A stretch of DNA of 64,000 nucleotides from a bacterium (GCA_027310365.1 DAIDAY010000001.1:4142-68141), one strand, 5' to 3'; shown: positions 48,353 through 58,786, numbered from the stretch's first letter. Notes: generated from the letters alone by a model not told the origin. Program-made: numbers and translations.

Positions 48353-49099
48353 ATGAAGAATACATCTACGCTCATGCTCGCCGGAGTTATTGTTTCCGGG
48401 ATGCTTCTTGCGGGAATGGCGCTCGCAGCCGAGGGAAAAGGGAACGGTTGGGGGGCGAGAGACGGCAAAGCGCTGGGCATTGTCGGGACCGTCGCATCGG
48501 TCAGCGGCACATCGCTCTCCATGACGAGCAAAAGTTTCGGGCCGAACGCGGCGACAACGACGTACGCCGTTGATGCTTCGAATGCCGCCGTCGTTAAAGA
48601 CGGCGCGACCGCGACGCTTGCGAGCATTGCGGTCGGCGACCGGGTGATAGTGCGGGGTACCGTGAGCGGCGCGTCAATTGCCGCGACCGTCATTCGTGAT
48701 GATGTGCCGATGAGAGGGAACGGGGAATTCGGCAAACGGCCCCAAGGGCAGGTGCCACCCATCCAGGGGAATGGTGAACCGGTTGTCGGGGGAAACGTAA
48801 CAGCAATCAATGGCACAACACTTACCGTGACGAACCGGAGCAGCGTTATTTATACCGTCGATGCTTCGAATGCGAAAGTGGTGAAAGAGAACGCCGCTTC
48901 GTCGATCGGTAGCGTCGCAGTCGGCGACAGCATCCTCGTCCAGGGGGTGGTAAACGGAAGGACCGTTACCGCGAACACGGTTATCGACCAAGGCGCGCCG
49001 AAAACACCGTCCACGAACGTAAGCACCGGCAATGAAGGTTTTGTAGGAAAAATCTTCGGAGGGATCGGAGGATTTTTCAAAAAACTCTTCGGATTTTAA
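48353..49099 (+). CDS. secreted protein with two DUF5666-like repeats
   Basis: Signal peptide; repeated G.V..I.GT..YTVDASNA.VVK..I.VGD...V.G unit. Confidence 0.78.
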   Translation: MKNTSTLMLAGVIVSGMLLAGMALAAEGKGNGWGARDGKALGIVGTVASVSGTSLSMTSKSFGPNAATTTYAVDASNAAVVKDGATATLASIAVGDRVIVRGTVSGASIAATVIRDDVPMRGNGEFGKRPQGQVPPIQGNGEPVVGGNVTAINGTTLTVTNRSSVIYTVDASNAKVVKENAASSIGSVAVGDSILVQGVVNGRTVTANTVIDQGAPKTPSTNVSTGNEGFVGKIFGGIGGFFKKLFGF

Positions 49100-49277
49100 A
49101 CGGAGAGCCTCGACAAACGAACAGAGGGGAGGGGGTGTTTTGCGCTGATCCAAGTTCGGTTCTTCGGGTTTGACGAGAAACCCGCATTATGGGGGCTTCT
49201 CGTGCTATAATAAAAAGAAAGAGAAATCTTGCCGGCGGTCGCGAGCAAGAAGAAATTATTGTGCGTGTGACAATAAG

Positions 49278-51128
49278 ATGAAACAAGCATACCTAAAAGG
49301 TCTTGTAGCCGGAAGCGCTCTCGTTGGAGGATTTTTTCTCAATATTCTTCCTGCGGCCGCTTCCACGCCGTCGCTGTCGGCGTTTTATACCGGCAACGGC
49401 GACTACGTGCAGATCAATATATCGAACGCCGATCCCAACGTCCCTGTCCTTTTGAACTACGCCTCCTCATTAACGTCGCTCGGCGCCACCAATGCGAATG
49501 GTTCTCTTTCTTTGACAATCAGCACCGCTCAGTACGGCATTCCGGCGGGGAGCGTCGTTTCCGCATCAGTCAATGGCCAAACATCCAACACCATCCAGTG
49601 GCCGTATACAAACCTCTCCGGTTCATTCAGCCTGAGCCAGACGAGCATTTCGCTCATCGCCGGGCAGTCAACGGTCGTTACGGTAAACCCTTCCGGCTCG
49701 TACTACCTTTCGAGTAATTCCAATCCGAGCGTCGCGAACATCGCGATCAACGGCAACCAGATCACGGTGACCGGAAATACCGCCGGAACGACGAATGGAA
49801 GCATCTGTTCTCTCGTAAATCCGTCGACGTGCGCATCGGCGACGATAAGCGTATCTGGTTCGGGAACGCAAACTATTTATTTCAGCCAGAATAACTTGAG
49901 CATGTCGTCGGGCCAAATCGCGACCGTCGTCGTGACGGGCGGGAGCGGTGCGTACTCTATTGTCGGCAATTCGAACTCTGCGAGCGTCCAAACGAACTTG
50001 AGTGGTTCCGTTATAACCTTGACCGCGGGTGCGACGATGGGGTCATCGGCGATTACCGTTTGTTCGGCCAATACGAGCTTTTGCAGCGTTTTGAACGTAA
50101 CGGTCGGCACCAATGCCAATTATTCCGTCCTCGTTTTCACGCCCGCGAATCCATCGCTCGCTTTCGGTCAGGCGACGTCGGTCAGCATCATAGGCGGCAT
50201 CGCGCCGTACTACGTAAGCTCGAACTCGAACAGCGGCATTGTCCAGGCGACGCTTTCCAACAACATCCTGACGCTCTCGGCGCAACAGACTGCCGGTTCC
50301 GCGACGGTTACGGTTTGTTCGGCGACGAACGCGTGCGGCTCCGTCGTGGCGAACGTCAATTCCACGAACGGCGCGATATCCTTTGGCCAGAGCAACATCT
50401 CCATCCCCGTGGGGCAAAGCTCCAATATCCCGATTTACGGCTCAAGCAACTATTACCTATCGAGCAACAGCAGCGCCTCCGTCGCCTCCGCCGTCATCAG
50501 CGGAACGAATGTTTTCATCTCGGGACTCGTGGCGGGAACCGACAGCATCGGCATCTGCTCGAGCGCCGGCCAGTGCGGCACGATCTTCGTGACCGTCGGA
50601 GGAACAGGAACGGTGAGTTCCTCGAACGCTACGGTCTCTCTGTATCAGTCGCTCGCCGTTGGGAGCCAACAAAATCTTCTTATATCGGGAGGAACGGCGC
50701 CGTATTACGTCTCGCCGGCCTCGAACTCCGCATTCAGCGCAACGATAAACAACGGGAGCACATTGACCCTTACGGGGCTTTCGGTCGGCATATCGTCGGT
50801 CAGCGTTTGTTCCTATAATGGTTCTTGCGCCACCCTGAACGTCACTGTGACGAACACATCCGCATCGAGCGGAGCGAGCAATGCCGGGAACGCGCCAAGC
50901 GGCATTTCCGACGGGTATGTTTTCAATAATCTCATCACCTACGGCATGAAGAATACCGACGTCCTGGAACTCCAGAAACGTTTGGCATCCCTCGGTTTCT
51001 ACGGAGGACCCCTTTCGGGCTACTACGGCGATTTGACTACGAAAGCGGTCCGAGCGTTCCAAACGGCGCGCGGCATCGCGGCGGCCGGTTACGTTGGGCC
51101 CTCAACGCGCGCAGCTTTGAACCGGTAG
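49278..51128 (+). CDS. surface protein with repeated Ig-like units and a peptidoglycan-binding domain
   Basis: Signal peptide; five ~82-aa S/T-rich repeats each with a Cys pair; C-terminal DV.ELQ..L..GYYG.LT.KAV..FQ..GYVGP.TRAALN. Confidence 0.85.
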   Translation: MKQAYLKGLVAGSALVGGFFLNILPAAASTPSLSAFYTGNGDYVQINISNADPNVPVLLNYASSLTSLGATNANGSLSLTISTAQYGIPAGSVVSASVNGQTSNTIQWPYTNLSGSFSLSQTSISLIAGQSTVVTVNPSGSYYLSSNSNPSVANIAINGNQITVTGNTAGTTNGSICSLVNPSTCASATISVSGSGTQTIYFSQNNLSMSSGQIATVVVTGGSGAYSIVGNSNSASVQTNLSGSVITLTAGATMGSSAITVCSANTSFCSVLNVTVGTNANYSVLVFTPANPSLAFGQATSVSIIGGIAPYYVSSNSNSGIVQATLSNNILTLSAQQTAGSATVTVCSATNACGSVVANVNSTNGAISFGQSNISIPVGQSSNIPIYGSSNYYLSSNSSASVASAVISGTNVFISGLVAGTDSIGICSSAGQCGTIFVTVGGTGTVSSSNATVSLYQSLAVGSQQNLLISGGTAPYYVSPASNSAFSATINNGSTLTLTGLSVGISSVSVCSYNGSCATLNVTVTNTSASSGASNAGNAPSGISDGYVFNNLITYGMKNTDVLELQKRLASLGFYGGPLSGYYGDLTTKAVRAFQTARGIAAAGYVGPSTRAALNR

Positions 51129-51137
51129 CCTTCATCC

Positions 51138-51680
51138 ATGCTTGAAAGGAAAACCATTGTTTGTGGAGGAGTGTTTGCGGCCGTATCGTTGATTTTTCTG
51201 ACGATGTACGTCGCGGTCCAGGAGAGTGAACGGCAGGCAGCAAACGATCCGCAGATTCAAATGGCGGAGGATGCCGCATCAGCCCTGAACGCCGGCGAAA
51301 CTTTGGGGGCCGTGGTGCCGGGCGAGCGGATAGACGTCCTGAAGAGCCTTGCGCCATTCATCGAGGTTTTCGACAATGCGGGGAAACCAGTCATCTCTTC
51401 GGGGTACCTGAATAACGTGATGCCTACGCTTTCAAGCGGTGTTTTTGATTATGTCCGGAACCGCGGAGAAAACCGTTTCACCTGGCAGCCGGAATCCGGC
51501 GTGCGGGACGCCGCAGTTATGACGCGTTTCAATTCGGGTTTCGTTCTTGTCGCCCGGTCGCTGCGGGAGGTTGAGAAGCGCGAAAGCCGGCTTTTGTTGG
51601 AAGTATTCGCCGGGTGGGTTATTCTTTGGGGGACTTGGGGAATTGGCGCTCATCTCCTTAAAAAGAAGGCGGAGAAATAG
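51138..51680 (+). CDS. hypothetical membrane protein (two TM, extracytoplasmic domain)
   Basis: TM-domain-TM layout, 180 aa. Confidence 0.75.
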   Translation: MLERKTIVCGGVFAAVSLIFLTMYVAVQESERQAANDPQIQMAEDAASALNAGETLGAVVPGERIDVLKSLAPFIEVFDNAGKPVISSGYLNNVMPTLSSGVFDYVRNRGENRFTWQPESGVRDAAVMTRFNSGFVLVARSLREVEKRESRLLLEVFAGWVILWGTWGIGAHLLKKKAEK

Positions 51681-51769
51681 AACGTTTTCCACAGAAACGA
51701 CTTTCACCCGCCTTCCGGCGGGTTTAAAATAGTATGAGAAATTTTTATTAATAAACCCCGGAGGTAATC

Positions 51770-52066
51770 GTGGATGTCGATTCCATACGCATCACGGAAC
51801 ACGTGAAGCAAAGATTTTCGGAGAGGTTTCTCAGGGTCAATAGAAGCAAACCGAAGAATTCAGAAGCGACGCTGAGAAAATTGCTGGCTGATGCTGAAGA
51901 AGTGGAAAGGCCTCATGCCTTTTACTACGTGATAAAGCATCATGCAAGAGCAAGATATTTTGCCGCCGGCAACTGGTATTTTGTTTTCGACATGCCCGTT
52001 ATCACGTTGATAACGGCTTTCCATCGGGACTCAAGCCGTCCGCCCTGGCCCAAGAAAGAAATATAA
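51770..52066 (+). CDS. hypothetical protein
   Basis: GGAGG SD with GTG start; TEH..RF.ERF motif; terminator follows. Confidence 0.65.
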   Translation: MDVDSIRITEHVKQRFSERFLRVNRSKPKNSEATLRKLLADAEEVERPHAFYYVIKHHARARYFAAGNWYFVFDMPVITLITAFHRDSSRPPWPKKEI

Positions 52067-52084
52067 AATTGAGAGCGTGCATTC

Positions 52085-52122
52085 AAGCGGCTGCTTGGAA
52101 AATCAAACAGCCGCTTTCCTTT
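52085..52122. terminator. intrinsic terminator (possibly bidirectional)
   Basis: AAGCGGCTG..CAGCCGCTT between convergent genes. Confidence 0.7.
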
Positions 52123-52745
52123 TATGAAGGAGCACCGTTCCGGCGCTTCTTGATGTAACGTTTAAGCTTCAACCCGAAGACAGCGAGAAGGAGGAGGGTA
52201 AGGAGCGAATAGAAGGCGAACGAAGCCCCGCCGAAATCTTGGGCGATTTTCTCCCAATAAGAACCCATAAAGTGTCCCGCGATGGCATATCCGCCGCTCC
52301 ACGTGACAGCCGAGAGGATGACGGTAAGGAGGAAAGTGCGCGGTTGCACCTGGAGAAGCCCCGCGGCGACCGACGTATATCCTCTCACATAGGGAATAAG
52401 CCGGCCGAGGTAAATCCCCCACCAGTTTTTTTCGAGAATCCTTTCGCTGAAGTGTTCAATGTGTTCGATCTTGATGGGTATCCAGCGCGGCTTTTTATTC
52501 AAGATGGTTTTTCCAAAGAAATAGAAAACGAAGAACAGAATCGATGTCCCGATGAAGTCTGCGGCGACCACTGAAAGGAATACCAAGGGAAGGCTTAAAA
52601 CGCGGATGGATGTAAGATAGCCGGCGAAAAGGAGAACAAACTCGTTCGGGATGGGATTCGGCACTCCGATTTCCTGGAGAAAAACGAGCGAAAAAATCGC
52701 GAGATACCCGTACTGGGTGATATAATCCGCGAGTGCGGTAGGCAT
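52122..52745 (-). CDS. DedA family membrane protein
   Basis: YGY..IF..FLQEIGVP.PIPNE and GRLIP.VR..S..AG motifs. Confidence 0.92.
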   Translation of the reverse strand: MPTALADYITQYGYLAIFSLVFLQEIGVPNPIPNEFVLLFAGYLTSIRVLSLPLVFLSVVAADFIGTSILFFVFYFFGKTILNKKPRWIPIKIEHIEHFSERILEKNWWGIYLGRLIPYVRGYTSVAAGLLQVQPRTFLLTVILSAVTWSGGYAIAGHFMGSYWEKIAQDFGGASFAFYSLLTLLLLAVFGLKLKRYIKKRRNGAPS

Positions 52746-52804
52746 TGCTTAATTATAGGGGAGGAGGTATAACTTTTAAAGCTCATTAAGGAGACAATAA
52801 GAAA

Positions 52805-53557
52805 ATGAAAAAAACGAGGTTTTTTATTTGTGTTCCCGTTCGCAATGAAGCGGGGACGATAGGTGACCTCCTCACATCGATTTTCTCTTTTGAATTGGAT
52901 GAAGGGGACAGTCTTTTCATCATCATCGCGGATAACGGATCAGTAGACAACACCGCTGAAATAGCCAGGAAGGCTTTGGGTCAGAGAGGTAAAGTGATTT
53001 CCGCAACTAAAATGCAAGATCACCACAACTATCCGCGGGAAGAGGCTTTTCGGGCGTCATTTTTCTATTCAGAATCCCCGGATGACATCATGTGTTTTTT
53101 TGATGCGGACGATTCTGATATTCCTTCCGACTGGTTGAGGTGCGTGAAAAGAAAAATCCGGAAAGGCTATGTCGCGGCGAGCGGACCCTATAGATACGAC
53201 TTCAAGGAGTGGTACTGGAAAACGGCGAACTGGCTTGCCAATTGGTTTATCATGCCCCTTCTGCCGTATGTTCTGCATGCGGTTTACGGGAAAAAAGCTG
53301 CCATAATCATTGGGGGTAACTTTGCGGCAACGCGGGAAGCCCTGAATGACATCGGCGGAATTCCACAAGTTGAGCCCCTCGACGACGACCCGGCGATAGC
53401 GATGCGGTTGGTGCGGCTCGCGGGTCCGGTTGCTTTTACGAACAGGATGGCGGTTAAAAGCTCCGCGAGGCGCTATTACAAATATGGCGTCGGGAAAACT
53501 CAAAAAAAATACTTCGAGAGATTCATGAAAATCTACAAGGAGGAGGAAAAAAAATGA
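52805..53557 (+). CDS. glycosyltransferase family 2
   Basis: VPVRNE, DNGS.DNT, DAD and GGNFA motifs. Confidence 0.9.
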   Translation: MKKTRFFICVPVRNEAGTIGDLLTSIFSFELDEGDSLFIIIADNGSVDNTAEIARKALGQRGKVISATKMQDHHNYPREEAFRASFFYSESPDDIMCFFDADDSDIPSDWLRCVKRKIRKGYVAASGPYRYDFKEWYWKTANWLANWFIMPLLPYVLHAVYGKKAAIIIGGNFAATREALNDIGGIPQVEPLDDDPAIAMRLVRLAGPVAFTNRMAVKSSARRYYKYGVGKTQKKYFERFMKIYKEEEKK

Positions 53558-53622
53558 GTTTTCCTTTGCAAATCGGATGGAGATTTTTGTGCTCCATCCG
53601 ATTTTTGTTATAATGGAGATGC

Positions 53623-54300
53623 ATGGAAATACAATGGAACAGGGTAACGTGGTATTCGCGTATTTTCTCGATCATCATTTTCACGGCACTACCGTTCTGG
53701 GGATTCTATCTCGGTTATAACTACGGCCAAACGCAGATATCAGGGCCGATCATCGTGACTATCGGCCCGGTAAGGAACGCTGCGGCAAAGCAAAGCGGAA
53801 TACCGGCTTCCGGCTGGTTTCCCTATCGAAACGATCAGTACGGTTTTACGCTCAAATACCCGCTGGGAGTCGAACAGCAAATGCCGACTGAGGGACAGCT
53901 CGTGAAGTTGAGCATTCCCGGCATTTTCGAAATAGGCACGAACTTCGCCGAAGCCTCGTTTGTTGTAAGCGCCAGGAGAGATCCGTCGGCCATTTCGCGT
54001 TGCGAAACGTTCAGCGGTTCGAATCTTGGCCCCGGAGGCGAAACTTCAACGGTCGTCGTGGAAGGCATCACGTTCTACGATACCAAGAGCGCCGATGCGG
54101 GTGCCGGAAATTTCTACCAGACGGATGATTTAAGAACGCTCCGCAACGGCGCCTGCTACGATATAATCATGACCATTCATTCCACCAACATCGATAATTA
54201 CCCGCAGGAATTCGGCGTCCAGCCATTTAACTATAACAAGATTCGCGATCTCCTCTTCGCAATCCTCCAAACATTTTCCTTCGCCCCCACACCTCAGTAA
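53623..54300 (+). CDS. hypothetical exported protein (PsbP-like N-terminal motif)
   Basis: TM, then W..YRNDQYGFTLKYP; IL.TF.F end. Confidence 0.75.
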   Translation: MEIQWNRVTWYSRIFSIIIFTALPFWGFYLGYNYGQTQISGPIIVTIGPVRNAAAKQSGIPASGWFPYRNDQYGFTLKYPLGVEQQMPTEGQLVKLSIPGIFEIGTNFAEASFVVSARRDPSAISRCETFSGSNLGPGGETSTVVVEGITFYDTKSADAGAGNFYQTDDLRTLRNGACYDIIMTIHSTNIDNYPQEFGVQPFNYNKIRDLLFAILQTFSFAPTPQ

Positions 54301-54351
54301 GATTACGCAATGCGGAAGGGATACCCTTCCTGAGATGGAGAGGGTCGCCCA

Positions 54352-55137
54352 ATGACTATGAAAAATAAAACAAAAGACATTGCGGGTTTAGCGATCGGCA
54401 TACTCGCCGTCACTTTGATTGTTTATTTCGGCTTCATCGAAAACGGCGGCCCGGCGCCGGTTCCGGCAGGGGACAGTGGATACGCCATTTCGGCGCGGAC
54501 CCTCGACGAAGCAGGAAGAGGTTATTCAATCACCGGTTTGTATCCCGTGTTAAAAGGCGCCGGCGCAGTCGCATTCAACGCGTATGTTTCTTCGGTGATC
54601 CAGGGGCGCATTGACGCCTTTACCCGATCGCTAGCCGCGATGGATACTTCCCGTCTGCCGCCCCAAATGCAGAATGCGACGAGTACACTTGTCATTGACT
54701 ACGAAACCGTTGCGACATCTTCGGATTTCGTTGATTTCCTCTTTTCGTCCGAAAGTTATCTCATCGGCATGGCGCATCCGACGCACGCCCTGGATTCGGT
54801 GAACTTTGACCTCGCGGCCGGAAAAGAAATCAGCCTGCCGGATTTATTCCAGCCGGGCGCGGATTATCTCGCGGCGATCGCCGACTACTCGCGGAATGAC
54901 ATCTTAAACCAGATCAAGAACGGCGTTTATTCTTCGACTGAAGATTACGTCAACCAGAACGGAGGATTGATACCCGATCCGGTGAACTTTAGTGTTTTCA
55001 ACGTCACGAAAAACGCGCTCATCATCCGCTTCCAGGAATACCAAGTCGGGCCGTACGTGTCGGGGCCCGCATCAACTTCCATTCCGTGGAGCAGCCTTTC
55101 CGGTATCCTGAACCCTTTCGTCTCCCGATATTTCTAA
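54352..55137 (+). CDS. DUF3298/RsiV-like protein
   Basis: GMAHP, NFDL..GK.I.L.DLF and F.EYQVGPY motifs. Confidence 0.85.
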   Translation: MTMKNKTKDIAGLAIGILAVTLIVYFGFIENGGPAPVPAGDSGYAISARTLDEAGRGYSITGLYPVLKGAGAVAFNAYVSSVIQGRIDAFTRSLAAMDTSRLPPQMQNATSTLVIDYETVATSSDFVDFLFSSESYLIGMAHPTHALDSVNFDLAAGKEISLPDLFQPGADYLAAIADYSRNDILNQIKNGVYSSTEDYVNQNGGLIPDPVNFSVFNVTKNALIIRFQEYQVGPYVSGPASTSIPWSSLSGILNPFVSRYF

Positions 55138-55200
55138 ATTTCCCAAACGAGACCCCCCATCAGTCATAAACTGGCGGGGGGTCTTTGTCTCCCTTCGATC

Positions 55201-55416
55201 TTATATATTCCCCGACGGTATTTGGGATTTCTTTCCCAAAAGTTTCGTGATCGCCCAGAGTCCGGAGAGACCGACCAAGATGTAAATGATGGTCGACAAG
55301 GTCGATCCCGCGCCGAAAAGGGCATCAACCAAGTTAAAATTGAATGCTCCGACAAGGCCCCAGTTGATGGCACCGATGACGACAAGGAGCGTTGCAATCC
55401 ATTTAACAGCTTTCAT
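55201..55416 (-). CDS. DUF378 family membrane protein
   Basis: LVVIGAINWGLVG..NLV..LFG..IIYILVGLSG. Confidence 0.9.
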   Translation of the reverse strand: MKAVKWIATLLVVIGAINWGLVGAFNFNLVDALFGAGSTLSTIIYILVGLSGLWAITKLLGKKSQIPSGNI

Positions 55417-55521
55417 TTTTGTGATGTAAAAGCTCGCGACCTTTTTTCTTTTTATTATACTAAAAATCGTCCTATCCCCGCAGGGCAGGCGTCTTCCGCA
55501 AGGATTCGATGGTAGCCATAC

Positions 55522-55719
55522 TCATATAAGCGAAGTGCGCGGATGGAGCGCATCCCTCCCGTCCGGTGACGGCGCCACGTGGACGAGAAAAACCGGCATG
55601 CCGTTTTTCCGGGAAGCATCCGCGATCGCCGCGGCATTCTTCACGACGTCGGAAGCGAAGTATGGGTATCGTTCTCCCGTCGCGATGCCTTTCTGGAGGT
55701 CGATCACGAGTTTACTCAT
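55522..55719 (-). pseudogene. isochorismatase-family N-terminal fragment
   Basis: LVIDLQKG..VVKNAA.IA..R..GMPVFLVHV, then truncated. Confidence 0.75.
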
Positions 55720-55916
55720 AACTTGATGGCGAGAACCGTCAAAATTTTCCATATGGCTATCTTCCGCATGATTTTTTGCTTCAGGCTGTCGGTTTTTTCC
55801 AGGGTAACTTTTTTTACCGCTTCGCGTTCAAGATCGTTGACATACCGCTCAAGCATTTCTCTTGTCGCTTCCCGTTCCGGCGCCCGCTCCGGCATAGGAG
55901 GAAGTTCATGATTCAT
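55716..55916 (-). CDS. small hypothetical protein
   Basis: 66-aa ORF with overlapping start/stop junctions. Confidence 0.5.
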   Translation of the reverse strand: MNHELPPMPERAPEREATREMLERYVNDLEREAVKKVTLEKTDSLKQKIMRKIAIWKILTVLAIKL

Positions 55917-56164
55917 ATCGGTTTTGATACCAATTCGTCGAGTTCCTTCTCAATCATTCTCTGGAACTCCTTAGGGTCGCTTCCACTCAAGTGTTTTTTC
56001 GTTTTGAAACTCTCGGTGTAGTTTTCGAGAGCGTAGAACGACGAATTCAATTCCTCGAAGAAGAGTGATTTCTGGTCCCGGGAAAGGTGGGGAATGATGA
56101 ATTCGAGCCAAACGCCCTTGTCTTCGTGGGAGAGCCGCGAGCTCGTGATAAGTTCCTCAAGCAT
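55913..56164 (-). CDS. small hypothetical protein
   Basis: 3' part of a long minus-strand ORF (MLEELITSSRL..); coupled to the next gene. Confidence 0.55.
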   Translation of the reverse strand: MLEELITSSRLSHEDKGVWLEFIIPHLSRDQKSLFFEELNSSFYALENYTESFKTKKHLSGSDPKEFQRMIEKELDELVSKPI

Positions 56165-56194
56165 GATGAGATATGATATTATTATACCAAGCCC

Positions 56195-56725
56195 ATGAAA
56201 AAATTTGTTTATCTCGTGATCGGGGCAATCATTATCGTTGTCCTTTGGATTGCTCTCGGCTCCCAGAAAAAAGCGGTGGCGCCCGTGGTCACGGCGCCCG
56301 TGGTCACGGCGACGCCATCGGTGGAAACGAACGGCTCCATTACGGTAACGACGCCGCCTGCGCCGGAGAAGATTGTTGTTCAATCCGGTTATTTCAGCCA
56401 GGAAAGCGCTTCTTCCCTCGGGACGTACCTGACCGACGCAAAGGGCATGACGCTCTACACTTTTGGGAACGATGCGCCGGGTGTCAGTAACTGCTATGAC
56501 ACTTGCATCGACAAATGGCCGGCATACGGCCCGAGCGTCAAAGCGGGTACGGCGCCGGCGAATCTCCCGATGCTTCCCGCGGACGTGGCTACCACAAAGA
56601 GATCCGATGGGACGTTGCAATTCACCTGGAAGGGGATGCCTTTGTATTATTATTTCAGCGACAAGAATCCCGGCGACACGCTTGGCGAGGGAATCGGCGG
56701 CGTTTGGTACGTCGTGAAATTGTAA
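56195..56725 (+). CDS. COG4315-type (Yx(FWY)xxD) exported protein
   Basis: LTD.KGMTLYTF, C..WP and PLYYY..D..PGD..G.G motifs. Confidence 0.88.
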   Translation: MKKFVYLVIGAIIIVVLWIALGSQKKAVAPVVTAPVVTATPSVETNGSITVTTPPAPEKIVVQSGYFSQESASSLGTYLTDAKGMTLYTFGNDAPGVSNCYDTCIDKWPAYGPSVKAGTAPANLPMLPADVATTKRSDGTLQFTWKGMPLYYYFSDKNPGDTLGEGIGGVWYVVKL

Positions 56726-56809
56726 TTTTCTATCGAGAACGGGGGGCCTAATATTTTGAGGATAATTTTGCAAGCGCCGATGTCTTCGGCGCTTTTATAA
56801 TTGAGAGTG

Positions 56810-57472
56810 ATGAAAATGAAGGATATGCCGCGGGTGGAGCGGCCGCGGGAGAAACTCGCGAAGTACGGCGCCGAGCGGCTTCAAGATGCGGAACTTCTGG
56901 CGATTCTCCTCGGGTCGGGTGTGCGAGGCATGAACGTCGTCGAGCTTTCCAAGAAGATTCTCCGGAATTTCAGCGGAGCGAAACTGCAGAATGCTTCCGC
57001 CGGTGATTTCGCAAAGATACACGGCTTGGGTTCCGTGAAGGCCTCGCAAATCGTGGCATCCTTGGAATTGAGTCGTCGCCTCTTAAAAGGGAAAAAAGCC
57101 GCACTGATTTTGTCGCCGGGGGACGTGTGGAACGAACTCAAGGACATCCGCAACTGCAAGAAAGAGTATTTTATCGTTTTCTATCTCGACGCCCGAAACC
57201 AGGAAATCAAGCGGGAAATCGTATCCGTGGGAACGTTGAACGCGAGCTTAGTCCACCCGCGCGAGGTTTTCGAGCCGGCGGTGAGGAATCTTGCGGCGCA
57301 AATTATTATCGCCCATAATCATCCCTCCGATAACACTGATCCTTCAGAAGAAGACATTATCCTCACGAATCGTCTTGCGGAAGCGGGGAGGATCCTCGAT
57401 ATCGAGATTCTCGATCATGTCATTGTTTCACAATCGGTCTTCTTGAGTTTCAAAGAGAAGAAACTGCTGTAG
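56810..57472 (+). CDS. radC: RadC/JAB-domain protein
   Basis: RPREKL, ELLAILL, VHPREVF, HNHPS and LDHVI motifs. Confidence 0.94.
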   Translation: MKMKDMPRVERPREKLAKYGAERLQDAELLAILLGSGVRGMNVVELSKKILRNFSGAKLQNASAGDFAKIHGLGSVKASQIVASLELSRRLLKGKKAALILSPGDVWNELKDIRNCKKEYFIVFYLDARNQEIKREIVSVGTLNASLVHPREVFEPAVRNLAAQIIIAHNHPSDNTDPSEEDIILTNRLAEAGRILDIEILDHVIVSQSVFLSFKEKKLL

Positions 57473-57650
57473 GTCTTCATATCTGTACAATCTCCGCACG
57501 TCAGGTCTTCGCGAACTCGCCCGCGGTGAATCCCGTTACCCCGCTCCGTCTATTATTGCCTAAAAGAAATCTCCAGATCGAAAGACGGCTTGAGAAGAAG
57601 ATCGCTCAACGGGGACATCGCTTGAAGCGGTACGAGAAGCGGAAGATCGG

Positions 57651-57870
57651 GAACATTTCCAATGGAAGAACGGCGACGAGGTCAAGAAATACATCAAAAC
57701 GCACAAGGAGCACATCGGCGAGGAGTTGATGGACGTTTTGTACTGGTTGCTCCTCTTGAGCCACGATCTCGACATCGATATCAAAAAGGCATTCGGGGAT
57801 AAGGGGGAGAAGAATGAAAAGAAATATCCCGTCGAGAAATCGCGCGGAAGCCGCCGGAAATACACGGAGT
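57651..57870 (+). pseudogene. MazG-like (dCTP pyrophosphatase) remnant
   Basis: EHFQW..EELMDVL.W..KNEKKYPVEK; N-terminus and native stop missing. Confidence 0.75.
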
Positions 57871-57900
57871 CCTCAATCGGCAAACAAAACGGTCGCGACC

Positions 57901-58338
57901 TTACGGTTCGCGACCCTTTATTTTTCTTTCCCAGAACTTTTTTCGGTTCCGGCGTTTCCGCCAGTAACCATATTCTCGAATTTCGCAGAGCTTCACTTCG
58001 TAGCCGATTTCCCGAAGCTGCGAGAAAAAAGCGTGAAGCTCATCGCAATCGCAAATGATGCTTTTTTCTGCCGAGAGAAATTCCCGGCAGCCGTCGAAGG
58101 TTTCGACGAATTTCGCGAACTCGTCGAGCTTGTGCCGCACCTTCCGCGAGAAGTGCATCGTGCCCGAGAGAATGAATGCTGCTGTTTGCTTCTCGCTTTT
58201 TTCTCCGTCTCTCGCTGCAGCAAGGAAACGGGTTGCTTCCGCGAGAACGTCCGGCCTCAACTCACCCTCCCCGTCAAGAATGCGTTTCATGCAGAGAGCC
58301 ATATTCCGATAGTGGCTCGGGGACAATCCCTTTCCCAT
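57901..58338 (-). CDS. hypothetical protein
   Basis: AAGGAG SD before ATG 58338; 145 aa. Confidence 0.6.
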   Translation of the reverse strand: MGKGLSPSHYRNMALCMKRILDGEGELRPDVLAEATRFLAAARDGEKSEKQTAAFILSGTMHFSRKVRHKLDEFAKFVETFDGCREFLSAEKSIICDCDELHAFFSQLREIGYEVKLCEIREYGYWRKRRNRKKFWERKIKGREP

Positions 58339-58786
58339 ACTTTCTCCTTGTTTGTGTGCTGTAGTGTTAGTTGTATCATCCGCTCCGCCCGCCTGTCCAG
58401 CCCGCCCTCTGCCTATCCCCAGAATCGACCGGGGAAAACGGGAGGCTAAATATTTATCGTTGGTAACCCGATCCAAAAGCGTTACAATCAGTTTGGGGAA
58501 TGTGAAAATTCACGCTATAAATTTTGCTTATATCGATGGCGCAAACCTTCGTGTTTAATATATGGGGTCCGGGTCACAATTTATCCATCAAAGCTACTAT
58601 TTTACCGGTAGGACCAAATCCGAAAGGATTTGATATAAATAAAACGGTATTAATCGCCTTGTCTGTCATGCATACTTATTGTACGTCAATCACAGTTTAC
58701 GAGCGACAGTGTTGTTTTTAACGTAATGAATTCAATGGGGGTTAGTTCTGTTTGACGACGCCTCTCTTGCCTGTTATTGTTCGAGC

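Noticed and set aside
56278-56311. 15-bp tandem duplication (APVVT twice)
   Set aside because: Ordinary linker duplication
57527-57540. TGAA-TCCCGTTA as a fifth MITE-like copy
   Set aside because: Only 8 bp of the left end; no matching right end found
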